Source: an uncultured virus (IMG/VR IMGVR_UViG_2740892251_000001)
Taxonomy: Duplodnaviria > Heunggongvirae > Uroviricota > Caudoviricetes
Virus record (IMG/VR): IMGVR_UViG_2740892251_000001
Length of the DNA stretch: 64,000 nt
Reading direction: 5' to 3' (one strand)
The notes under the pieces are model-generated. The model worked only from the letters and a program-made list of their open reading frames with translations. It was not told the DNA's origin and ran no database searches. Positions 48,213 to 57,512 of the stretch are shown piece by piece. Position 1 is the first letter of the stretch. The number at the start of each line of letters is the position of its first letter. The position numbers and the translations under genes are program-made.

Positions 48213-48261
48213 TCAACCTGCCCCGCTAGCATGGTGGAAATCCAACACCAGGGAAACCACC

Positions 48262-48468
48262 ATGCAGCCATGGCAACCGGGCAAGCGCCTATTAACCGAG
48301 TTCGATATTAAGATCGGCAAGTTATCAGCCAGCGTACGGAAACAACAACTCACCGACCACGATATACAGCGGGCCTGTTCTGCGACCGACAGAGCAATAA
48401 CCCAAATGATACAGGGGCAAGACCATGAAAAACGACCACGACATAATCACCAAAGAGGAGATGATTGA
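48262..48468 (+). CDS. Hypothetical protein
   Basis: MQPWQPGKRLLTEFDIKIGKL; operon position. Confidence 0.6.
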   Translation: MQPWQPGKRLLTEFDIKIGKLSASVRKQQLTDHDIQRACSATDRAITQMIQGQDHEKRPRHNHQRGDD

Positions 48469-48661
48469 GTTGACCGGTCATCACTACAAAACCAAACAAT
48501 GTGACTCTTTACGCCGCTCGGGGATCTTTTTTATCCGACGTCCGGACGGACACCCGAAAACCACTTGGGGCCATTTTTTGAATCCAGTCAGTTTGCGCGG
48601 TAAGCCGCTGGATCCGGAAAAAGAAGAACCCAATTTCGAGGCCATGAACAGTGGCCGGTAA
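48425..48661 (+). CDS. xis: Excisionase (DUF4224-like)
   Basis: ITKEEMIELTG...KQC..L...GI.F..RPDG.P..TW...EPNFEAM; overlaps int. Confidence 0.85.
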   Translation: MKNDHDIITKEEMIELTGHHYKTKQCDSLRRSGIFFIRRPDGHPKTTWGHFLNPVSLRGKPLDPEKEEPNFEAMNSGR

Positions 48662-49697
48662 ACGCAAGAACGCCGCAGACACGGCATTACCACCTCGGGT
48701 GTATCGTGGAAAATCGAAATATGAATTCCACCCCGCCCGCGGTGGCTCAATATCGCTATGCCCATTGGATGCACCTATTTCTCAAGTATGGTCATGCTAC
48801 GAAAAAATAAATAATGAGCCATTAGAAAAAGCCAACTTGAATAAACTCATTGAACAGTTTTTCCGCTCTGTTGATTTTAATGAGTTAGCTGTTGAGACGC
48901 AGAAAGACTACCGCAAATATTCACTTAGAGTATTACCAGTTTTCGGGAAAATGGAACCAGACAACATAAAACCTGAACATATCAGGAAATATATGGATAG
49001 ACGCGGGATCGCCAGTCGAACACAGGCAAACCGAGAGAAAACTTTCCTATCGCGGGTTTATCGTTGGGGATATGAGCGGGGAATGGTAAAAGGCAATCCA
49101 TGCAAGGGGGTTAAGCAATTTAAAGAGGTTGGCAGGGAACGATACATCACTAACGCTGAATATAGCGCTCTCTACAACGTAGCTCCGCCGATTGTAAAAG
49201 CGGCAATGGAACTCGCCTATCTTTGTTGTGCTCGGCAAGCAGACATCCTCGCCTTAAAAAAGTCACAGCTAATAGATGCCGGGGTATTTATACAGCAAGG
49301 GAAAACAGGAAAGAAACAGATCAAGGCATGGACGGAAAGATTACAGCAGGCCATCAAAATTGCTGATGGAATAGAAATCGCTCCAGGTGTGAGCAGTATT
49401 TATGTACTGCATCAGCGATCTGGGCATGGCTACACAAGAGATGGTTTCAATAGTCGGTGGCGCAACGCAAAATTATTGGCTGCAAAAACATTTCCCGAAT
49501 TGAATTTTGATTTCACGTTTCATGATTTAAAGGCAAAGGGAATATCCGACTTAGAGGCAACACTCGAAGAGAAGCAAGCTATTTCAGGGCATAAGAATAC
49601 GGCTCAAACAGCCAGATATGACCGGAAAACAGAAATCGTGCCAGTGGTGGGGGGCAGAAAAAGTGAGTTTTTATTCAGATTACCAAAATCATGTTAG
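48651..49697 (+). CDS. int: Tyrosine integrase
   Basis: ANREK, CARQADIL, FHDLKAK, SGHK, RYDR; adjacent to att. Confidence 0.93.
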   Translation: MAGKRKNAADTALPPRVYRGKSKYEFHPARGGSISLCPLDAPISQVWSCYEKINNEPLEKANLNKLIEQFFRSVDFNELAVETQKDYRKYSLRVLPVFGKMEPDNIKPEHIRKYMDRRGIASRTQANREKTFLSRVYRWGYERGMVKGNPCKGVKQFKEVGRERYITNAEYSALYNVAPPIVKAAMELAYLCCARQADILALKKSQLIDAGVFIQQGKTGKKQIKAWTERLQQAIKIADGIEIAPGVSSIYVLHQRSGHGYTRDGFNSRWRNAKLLAAKTFPELNFDFTFHDLKAKGISDLEATLEEKQAISGHKNTAQTARYDRKTEIVPVVGGRKSEFLFRLPKSC

Positions 49698-49724
49698 GAA
49701 ATGATGTTAGGAACATCTTAGGAA
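49691..49724 (+). repeat. Three integrase arm-type sites
   Basis: ATGTTAGGAA (49691), ATGTTAGGAA (49704), ATCTTAGGAA (49715). Confidence 0.75.
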
Positions 49725-49740
49725 TGAGATTTCAAACACA

Positions 49741-49768
49741 AAAAAACCGCNNCCGCCTCTCGGCGGTT
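49741..49768 (-). terminator. Terminator downstream of the tRNA 3' half; contains an nn assembly gap
   Basis: AAAAAACCGC..nn..CCGCCTCTCGGCGGTT. Confidence 0.6.
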
Positions 49769-49812
49769 AACGACATACTCATACTACTTTGTTTTACTTA
49801 GAATATTTTCCA

Positions 49813-49867
49813 TGGTGCCCGGGGCGGGACTTGAACCCGCACAGCCATAAGCCGAGGGATTTTAAAA
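49813..49867 (-). tRNA. leuZ: tRNA-Leu(UAA) 3' fragment only (att site shared by both prophages)
   Basis: Minus strand TTTAAAATCCCTCGGCTTATGGCTGTGCGGGTTCAAGTCCCGCCCCGGGCACCA; 5' half absent. Confidence 0.9.
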
Positions 49868-50080
49868 ACTCTTAGGACAATCTGCAAATCAATCACTTAC
49901 GTAAAATCAGTAAGTTACCAAACACGATGGCGGGTTAGTTTGGGTTGTTGTGGGGGTCGTAGTCACATTAATCAAACTAAATTCAATAATCAGAAAGAAT
50001 CAGATGTGCTCACTTATTACTTAACCTAACGCCCTTACTATTCAGTAATATAATCAGGTATGACAGTCGACTTGGTGCTC

Positions 50081-50240
50081 AGGCTATGTGAAAACGTTTT
50101 TTGGGTCGTAGATACTACCAAAGACAGAGCTGCAAACCGCGCTCATACGTTAATTTTGGCTCTACTAACCAGCCGATCAATTTCAGATTTTTACGCATAC
50201 GTGCGCACTTCAGCTTTTGGTTAGGGTTTTCACACAGCCT
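50081..50240. mobile_element. 160-bp MITE-like element
   Basis: 15-bp terminal IRs AGGCTATGTGAAAAC / GTTTTCACACAGCCT (14/15); non-coding. Confidence 0.6.
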
Positions 50241-50356
50241 ATACCAAAAGCTGACACGGCTCGCACTATTGTGAGCTGATAAATAGAAGATCAGGATATT
50301 TGTGTTACTATTAATAAAAATATTAGTTTGATAAGTTATAATTTAATGGGTATAGA

Positions 50357-52497
50357 ATGGAACTATTACAAGAAGTTGGAGCTATAGTTAAAATTGTAAT
50401 TATGCCTACACTCGAAGAGCAAACTTATTTTCAGGGTTTTGATACTGGGATTACCCATCCTGATGTTGCTGAGATTCTTTTGCTATTAAATAAAACACCA
50501 AAAAATATAAAGGAAATATTTATTCAGAATGAGGCCCAGTCAATAAATAGGCTGGAAACACTAAACCCGATAATTCTCATCTCAAAAGAAAATATCGATA
50601 ATATATATTTGACTTTCCGAAGTTCTTTCTGTTTAATTTTTTGCGTTAGAAAAGATTTTTCATTTTCAAAAGATTTTTCTAAATCTTTTGAAATTCCTCC
50701 TATTATATGCTGCGATGTTAAATCTGCTGATATACGACCTTGTGAAGTAAATAGTATCTTTTCTTTTGATAAGTTGCTTTTCTCACGACTTAAATTAGTT
50801 GAGAAAAAATATAATAAAATTAATCCAGAAATCAAAGTTTCTGGAAAATTAAAAAGAAGAGGTGCGTTTTTTAAAAAAACAACATGGAGCTCCACTCTCA
50901 ACAATACTACTCTGCCTAACGAACTGCTTATTGAATCGTTAGGTTTTATGCTCTCACCCTCAAAAAAAATTAAAGATGGAAGTAGTAGGAGAGAGTTTAT
51001 AAATCACATCATAGAAAGTGTTTCTGCTTATAATGATTGTTTGGAAAAATTAGGGAAAATACCATCATCTGAAATTATATTGTATACCCCTGGTATGTTT
51101 TCCTTCTTGCATAATAAAGATAGCGAAATTTTCAAACTTCTGAGGAAGAATTAGAACTGGATGAAAAACGGTTTTTAATCAGTGGGGTTTTAAGGAATCC
51201 AGATTATTCAGGAATTAGGTTTATTTTTGAAAAAAAGAAAAATAAATTATCTAGGATTTTAAAAAATCCAAAGGTAAATTATTTGTGTTCTTTGAGGATA
51301 GCTGAAATGCGCCTTACCACTGCAGCAATTTCATTATTGAGTTCGAATAAAGACTCGCCATCGATTAGATTACCTAACGAAATAAATCATTGTAGTAGTC
51401 ACCTAAGAAAACTGGAAACGTTAGCTAGTACCTTTGGAATAAACGATCCAGTTTTCTTAAAAAAAGCTAAAGCATTCAATACTATTACAAGACGAATTAT
51501 TGGCCCTAAAATTAGGACTTACATTAATGATAATTATAATGATATATCCTTCGTTAGTGATATTCCATTAGACTGGATTAGATTTGATAATATACCGATT
51601 ATGTTTAGCCATGAAATTTCAAGGATTAACGTCACTCCAGGCAATATTCTTTTACAGAATGCATCTTCATTTCCAAGAACTACGATTAAAAGCTCTGAAC
51701 TAAAAAAAATCTTAGTTATACGTTCTTTTGAGCCCGATGATCCACTCAAATTTTTTTTAGAGATTGCCTTGGAAGTTTTTAAAGAAAACATGCCGGACCT
51801 CAAGTGTGAAATCGTAGATGTCAGGTCAAAAGGTGAACTAATTGATGCATTAAATCAATATAATGGATACATCCTTATAATGGATTGTCACGGAGATCAT
51901 GGCGGTGATACAGATAATGGATGGTTAGTAATCGGAGATGAAAAAGTTGACACGTGGCAATTGAGAGAGAATGCTAGGGTACCGCCTATTGTTATTCTCA
52001 GCGCCTGCTTAACATCTGCACTTAGTGGCTCTCATGCATCAGTGTCAAACGGATTCATGGTTAGTGGAGCTTTAAGTGTTATTGGTACATTATTGCCAGT
52101 AAATGCCTTTGATTCAGCAGTTTTTGTTAGTCGACTCGTATATAGATTTTATGAATTTCCATCAGTTATCCCTAACCATTATACTCATGTCAATATGAGA
52201 CTTTTTCTTTCATTATTCCTTAGGATGTCTTATGTGACTGATTTGATGCGCGGTTTTGAGCGGGAGGGTTTTTTGTCCAAGGATTCATGGCAAGATGAAC
52301 ATGTTAAGATAAATACTTACATAAATATGTTAAATAGTGATTGGTATCATTATACGATTACTTCTCTTGCTAAGCTAACTAAGCTAAATGAACAAGAAGT
52401 GAATGATATTATAGAAAGCAAATTATTCATAACTGAGACTATGTGTTATAGTCAAATCGGAATGCCTGAGTCAATAACAATTATTATACAGGAATAA
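50357..52497 (+). pseudogene. CHAT (caspase-like) protease gene split by a frameshift near 51145
   Basis: ORFs 50357..51154 and 51283..52497; the second frame is open from 51124; catalytic DCHG and LSAC motifs. Confidence 0.75.
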
Positions 52498-52908
52498 TTT
52501 TCTATGAGTGTTTCCCATTATAACCTATCTGAGCCTTGCTATATAAATGCTAATCACTTCTTTTTTCAGTATCTATACACTCAATATTTGTGAAGCACAA
52601 CCATTAAAAAATGGCGGAGTTTTCATTACTAAACGTCCCTTACAATCCAGAGAAATACTATTAACAATAGTAGGCAGCTCATTGAACGGTGAGTGTAAAG
52701 CAACTCTATTCCATAGTTGCTAGCACAGCTGCAAATTATCAAGTGATTTTGGTGTCAATATCCGCCTTTCGCTCGAGGCCGTCAATTGTCTCAGTGCTGA
52801 TGTTTGATACTGAGTTGCTGACCGGCAGCACGCCTACGCATTTGTGCGACATACTATAGCCTCATTAGTGGACTTTTGGTATAAGAAACCTGCAAAAGTG
52901 GGTTGTTG

Positions 52909-53646
52909 TTAATAAGTTTCTAGTTTTATTTTACTGTTTATTTCTGATGTTGGAATGGGGAAAGCTATATCTCTCAGACTTTCAACATTGAAAAAATATG
53001 CATCTTCGGTTCCCTTACCTCTGTCTAAGCAAAGTCTAAACTCACTCTGATGCTCATACTCCTTTTGCTTATGAAAAACCGCATCCGCTGTATTTTCAAG
53101 AGAAAGAGATTCATTACTATCATAATAAATTAACTTCCTTGCTGAAAAATAATTCGCCTCATTACTATCAATCAAAGATTGTGCTGCCCTTTTAATACGA
53201 GAAATAAATTCAGGAATATTAGGTATTATTACAGCATAGGCCCCTAAGTTTAAAGATTCTTCCGGCATTTTAAAATACCCCCTGACCTGCTCTATTTGCT
53301 CTTCAGTAAGCAACTCATTAATACTAAATTCATGTGAATGTAGAACAGTTAAGCAAAGCACATTGTAACTGTCGTGGTTATTAGTTCTAATAATAATTGG
53401 ACCTAAAATATCTTTTTCAGTTATGATAATTTCATCCATTCCCGGGGGATGTATGATAAGACGTAACCCTTTTGGCTGCAGCCAAGCAGTCACCGCTTCA
53501 TTCTTATCCCCAATATTGTTATTTTTTTCCTCCTCGTACTCTTTAAAGTATTTAATGGTGTTCATGTAAAGTTTACCATCGAGAAAATCTTCTCGGTATT
53601 TTTCGGTGGAAAATACCTTCACTAAAAAACCGTATCCATCACTCAT
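52909..53646 (-). CDS. Hypothetical AT-rich cargo protein (DUF2971-like motif)
   Basis: FLDGKLYMN...YF...GDKNE; HKQKEYEHQSEFR. Confidence 0.7.
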   Translation of the reverse strand: MSDGYGFLVKVFSTEKYREDFLDGKLYMNTIKYFKEYEEEKNNNIGDKNEAVTAWLQPKGLRLIIHPPGMDEIIITEKDILGPIIIRTNNHDSYNVLCLTVLHSHEFSINELLTEEQIEQVRGYFKMPEESLNLGAYAVIIPNIPEFISRIKRAAQSLIDSNEANYFSARKLIYYDSNESLSLENTADAVFHKQKEYEHQSEFRLCLDRGKGTEDAYFFNVESLRDIAFPIPTSEINSKIKLETY

Positions 53647-53953
53647 TATAGCCTCCTGATAAATTTTATTATCATCTATAGGTCTTCATTCGGGTTTACT
53701 ATGGTTTCTTTCATTTTCAAACCTTTTGACCATGTCGGTATTATGAAGCTGACGAATATACTATTCAGGTATTCGCTGTTTGAATATCCAATGCCCACTT
53801 TTAGCTGACTGTCAGATTTTATCGTATCTTGCTACAAAACACAGTCAGTAACCCGCGAGAACTAGATATTCCAACGACATCATGATTCGTTCTTTGGACA
53901 CAGTTATTACAAAAACTACCAGCCCTTTTATTCGTCATTATATTCTCACATTA

Positions 53954-54985
53954 TTAATTTTTCGAAATGCGATCATAAGGATTCAAACTCACTGCCGCTT
54001 CTAAATGATCCGGGGCAAAGTGGCTATAGCGCATGGTCATTTGGATAGTGGAGTGCCCGAGGATTTGTTGTAGTACTAATATGTTGCCGCCGTTCATCAT
54101 AAAATGACTGGCGAAAGTATGCCGTAGAACGTGGGTTAACTGGCCGGTAGGTAACACCAGTTTAGCCCGGTCAATGGCTTGGCCGAATGCGTCATAGGCA
54201 TTGGCGAATAAGCGCCCTTTCATCTTTGGAATCAGTTTATGCAGTTCCGCAGAAATAGGGACTGTACGGTTCTTTTTACTCTTGGTGTTGACATAAGTAA
54301 TTTTGTTTGGCATCACCTGAGCTTGTCTTAATTGCTCCGCTTCGCTCCAGCGTGCGCCGGTGGCCAGACAGATACGAACAATGATACCGAGATCTTTATT
54401 GCTGGAATTGTCACACTCATGCAGCAGGTGCTTAATATCATCTTCATAAAGAAAAGTTAATTCGTTTTCACTTTCACGAAATAACCTGACGCCATCCAGC
54501 GGATTCGCATGATTCCAATGCCCTAGCCTTTTCAACTCATTAAAGACAGCTCGCAGATATGCATGTTCGCGGTTAACAGTTGCCTCTTTTGGCGGTTTAA
54601 CGATTCCGTGTTTTGACTTACGACTAAACTCACCGGCTAAGCGCTGCTTGCGGTATTTGGCGAACACTTCCCGGTCAAAATCAGCAACAGCAGGATCTCC
54701 CAAGTTATCACACAGGATATTGAGTTTATCTAGTCTTGCTTTGCCGTCACTCAAAGAGCGCCCGTGGAGTTCATACCACTGACCAACCAATGTTTTTAAC
54801 CTCTGCGCAGCAGTTTCTGCCGGTGTGTAGTTAATATCCAGATCACCACGTTGCGCTAACTGCTCACGTTCAAAGCGCAACGCCTCGCCGCGAGTAACAA
54901 AGGTTTTCCTAACCCGCTTACTGTCACGGCCATCTGAGTAAAAATCACAGACCCACTTCCCATTGGGTAATTTCCGTACTGCCAT
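53954..54985 (-). CDS. int: P2/186-type tyrosine integrase
   Basis: TGARWSE, KSKKNR, HVLRHTFASHF, LGHS, MRYSH. Confidence 0.96.
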   Translation of the reverse strand: MAVRKLPNGKWVCDFYSDGRDSKRVRKTFVTRGEALRFEREQLAQRGDLDINYTPAETAAQRLKTLVGQWYELHGRSLSDGKARLDKLNILCDNLGDPAVADFDREVFAKYRKQRLAGEFSRKSKHGIVKPPKEATVNREHAYLRAVFNELKRLGHWNHANPLDGVRLFRESENELTFLYEDDIKHLLHECDNSSNKDLGIIVRICLATGARWSEAEQLRQAQVMPNKITYVNTKSKKNRTVPISAELHKLIPKMKGRLFANAYDAFGQAIDRAKLVLPTGQLTHVLRHTFASHFMMNGGNILVLQQILGHSTIQMTMRYSHFAPDHLEAAVSLNPYDRISKN

Positions 54986-55022
54986 AAATAAGTCCTCAAG
55001 AATAATCCCTTGGGTCTATTTA

Positions 55023-55038
55023 CTGTATATAAAAACAG
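55023..55038. promoter_or_regulatory. LexA (SOS) box upstream of int
   Basis: CTGTATATAAAAACAG; minus-strand TTGACT at 55040..55045. Confidence 0.8.
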
Positions 55039-55077
55039 TAGTCAATGTTTGATACTTATAACCATAAACATTGAGGT

Positions 55078-55410
55078 TTAGTCATTCTCTTGAGTATGAA
55101 TCGCGATAACTTTAGCAAGTATCTCTTCTAACTCCTTTTTGGTTACATTCTCTATATCCAAAGATTTTATTTTGTTATCATCCATCAGTAATTTAGCTGA
55201 CCTACCCTTACGTGATTTGAGCCATTCAATAATTACATAAGCAAGAATTGCTATTGTCGGTGTATCTTTAATTTTGAATAAAAAATCGACAACTTCGTTA
55301 GCGGTTGTAGCAGCGCTAAAACAGATCGGGAAACTTAACTCTAGATTATTTTTCTTACATAACTCTATAAAATCATCGCTAACAAGTAGTCTAATATTCT
55401 GGTATATCAT
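55078..55410 (-). CDS. Moron between cI and int, EACC1-like
   Basis: Hydrophobic helix then IIEWLKSRKGRSAKL...LDIEN..KELEEIL. Confidence 0.55.
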   Translation of the reverse strand: MIYQNIRLLVSDDFIELCKKNNLELSFPICFSAATTANEVVDFLFKIKDTPTIAILAYVIIEWLKSRKGRSAKLLMDDNKIKSLDIENVTKKELEEILAKVIAIHTQEND

Positions 55411-55479
55411 CCGTGTATTTTCCTAACTAATAATTTTATAACGTTATTATTTTTTTAGCCTATCGATTACGTTTTATTA

Positions 55480-56055
55480 TTAACCATTCGTGACAGTAAT
55501 CTCGCTAACAACCTTTGCCAATATGCTTACTTCACTAACCGGCCAATTGACATCATTGATTCGCCATACATCACCGGGTAAACGGGTAAGCTCACTGATA
55601 GATACAACTCCCGCTTTTTCAATCAACCACAGACCATCAGTGATTTTCTTGAATTGATGTTCAACCAGAAATGAACTCTTGGCATTAGGTGAAGAAATCA
55701 ACTCAGGCTCATCTATCTGTACTGGAAGTAATTCAGGATCAAGTAATACAGGGCTAGCATCGGTTAACAATCCATCAACCAACTTTCTATGCTGAATTAA
55801 TTTAGCATGTTCTTTTTCATTAGTAGCTTTGTCGGCTTCCCACGGTTCACCCTCCCCAGTTGCTAACCATTGTAAAGATGCACCCGTTTCAAGAGCGCAC
55901 TGAACAATTTCTTTACCGGGAAAATACCCACGTTTAATCCACGTACTTACTGTTCCATGACCAACACCTATTTTTCCTACAAGCTCACGTTGCGTTGAAA
56001 AACCGTAGGCTTTCAATAACCTATCAACAACAGCCTGTCCGCCACTAAAAATCAT
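55480..56055 (-). CDS. cI: 186-type CI repressor
   Basis: GGQAVVDRL..AYGF, W..R..FP....CALETG.SL.WLATGEG. Confidence 0.92.
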   Translation of the reverse strand: MIFSGGQAVVDRLLKAYGFSTQRELVGKIGVGHGTVSTWIKRGYFPGKEIVQCALETGASLQWLATGEGEPWEADKATNEKEHAKLIQHRKLVDGLLTDASPVLLDPELLPVQIDEPELISSPNAKSSFLVEHQFKKITDGLWLIEKAGVVSISELTRLPGDVWRINDVNWPVSEVSILAKVVSEITVTNG

Positions 56056-56167
56056 TCAATATTCCCGCCGAAATAATATTGACTAGTACACATTTGAGGA
56101 TTAAATTCCTCATTGTTGTACATAGACACAAGTTAACCCGCATTAACCACACATTACAGGATGCACC

Positions 56168-56365
56168 ATGATGCAAAACCTTGCAATCACAGTAACCTCT
56201 CCTTATTTATCCCTGCCCGAGTTCTCAAAATTGAGCGGAATCCCTTATGAAACCTGCCGTGGAATGGTGAAAGATGGTCGTTTACCTATCCGCCAGAAAG
56301 TTCGCAAAATGGAAAAGGTTCTCGTAAATATGATCGCTCTCACTAAAGAAGCAGCAAACCAGTAA
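56168..56365 (+). CDS. apl: Apl/Cox-like regulator and recombination directionality factor
   Basis: PYLSL.EFSKLSGIP..T.R.MV.DGRLPI...VLVNM. Confidence 0.88.
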   Translation: MMQNLAITVTSPYLSLPEFSKLSGIPYETCRGMVKDGRLPIRQKVRKMEKVLVNMIALTKEAANQ

Positions 56366-56419
56366 TGTTCGATATTCAAATTTGCCAACTAATTGTCGGT
56401 ATATGTGAGGAAGTAAGCC

Positions 56420-56929
56420 ATGTTTGATTTTTCAGTATCCAAACATCCGCACTTTGATAACGCCTGCCGCCAGTTTGCTTTAAAGCACAACTTAGTCGAG
56501 CTGGCAGCAAACGCAGGGATTACGGCGCAGGTTCTGCGGAATAAATTAAACCCCGATCAGCCGCACCGTTTGACCGTAGACGAACTGTTACGCATCACCG
56601 ACCTGACCGAAGACCCAACGTTATTAGACGGACTGCTGTTACAAATCAATTGCATGCCATCGGTGCCAGTCAATGAAGCCTGTGCCGGTAATATCCCAAC
56701 TTATGCGTTACATGCTACTGCTGCTGTTGGCTTAATTGCCGCAGCTGCTGTTCAAGGCGATCATAAGACCGCTTCCCGTAAATCATCGCTACTGGATACC
56801 GTCAATACTGCGATTCGCCACCTGTCACTGATTGGCCTGACAGTGCAATGTCGCATTCAGTCAACCCCTGCGCTTGCTTCAACCGTTGATGTTATTAGCG
56901 GATTGAGTGCTGTCGCCGGTTTGAGTTGA
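56420..56929 (+). CDS. cII: 186-type CII activator
   Basis: MFDFSVSKHPHFDNAC..F...LRNKLNPDQPHRLT. Confidence 0.92.
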   Translation: MFDFSVSKHPHFDNACRQFALKHNLVELAANAGITAQVLRNKLNPDQPHRLTVDELLRITDLTEDPTLLDGLLLQINCMPSVPVNEACAGNIPTYALHATAAVGLIAAAAVQGDHKTASRKSSLLDTVNTAIRHLSLIGLTVQCRIQSTPALASTVDVISGLSAVAGLS

Positions 56930-56938
56930 GGTGTCTTT

Positions 56939-57124
56939 ATGATTATTTCTATTGCCCCATTGTTAAAACAGCAAAGCCCGGTAAACCTGCGCCATTTCGG
57001 CCATGGTGTGCTGGAGTTGAAGAACGGCCAGCGCTGGAAGCCGGGAAGTAATCAAAAGGCACTTTTACAAGAATTGTCCTCTGCAAAGAAGACGCCAATA
57101 TTACGCCGTCTGTTCGGGCGTTAA
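56939..57124 (+). CDS. Fil-like protein
   Basis: SIAPLLKQQSP...FGHG.L...G.RW.P; follows cII as in phage 186. Confidence 0.7.
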   Translation: MIISIAPLLKQQSPVNLRHFGHGVLELKNGQRWKPGSNQKALLQELSSAKKTPILRRLFGR

Positions 57125-57135
57125 TTGGGGGTTAT

Positions 57136-57447
57136 ATGTTGCAATTAACGGAATCTGAAAAATTAAGAATGATGGGTATTGCTCGTATTGCTGAATTAAA
57201 AGAAACGCATTTCCGTAATAGAAAGAATGTTGCTCAAGAGGCTTTTGATAAATCGCCTGCACATTTGCGTAAAACAATCTGTTTTCATGCCGGGTTAAAA
57301 AGCCGTCATGTGAATATGCAGTTTTCAGAATTAACTCCAGCAGAAAGAGAATCTGTTGTTGAAGCGTTGAATTACTTAATTGAGTTTACTCGTTCGTTGC
57401 CGTCATTTGTCAGTAATGATGACTGCGCACTGAATATTATTAATTAA
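57136..57447 (+). CDS. P2 gpB-like early protein
   Basis: FHAGLK.RHV.M.FSELT..ER..VV.ALN. Confidence 0.65.
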   Translation: MLQLTESEKLRMMGIARIAELKETHFRNRKNVAQEAFDKSPAHLRKTICFHAGLKSRHVNMQFSELTPAERESVVEALNYLIEFTRSLPSFVSNDDCALNIIN

Positions 57448-57512
57448 TTATCACCGCAATATATGGCGTTCTACTCGCCGGGTTTCGTATTACCTAAAAA
57501 CAGGAATTACCA

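Larger units (their letters stand above)
1..49867. mobile_element. Lambdoid (siphovirus-type) prophage integrated in tRNA-Leu(UAA)
   Basis: 31-bp direct repeat 1..31 = 49837..49867; full set of head, tail, lysis, replication, immunity and int/xis genes between the repeats. Confidence 0.93.

Noticed and set aside
49525..49540. Integrase inactivated by HxxK in place of HxxR
   Set aside because: HDLKAK is a common natural variant in this integrase group and the other catalytic residues are present
49813..49867. Functional tRNA gene
   Set aside because: The D-arm and 5' acceptor strand are missing
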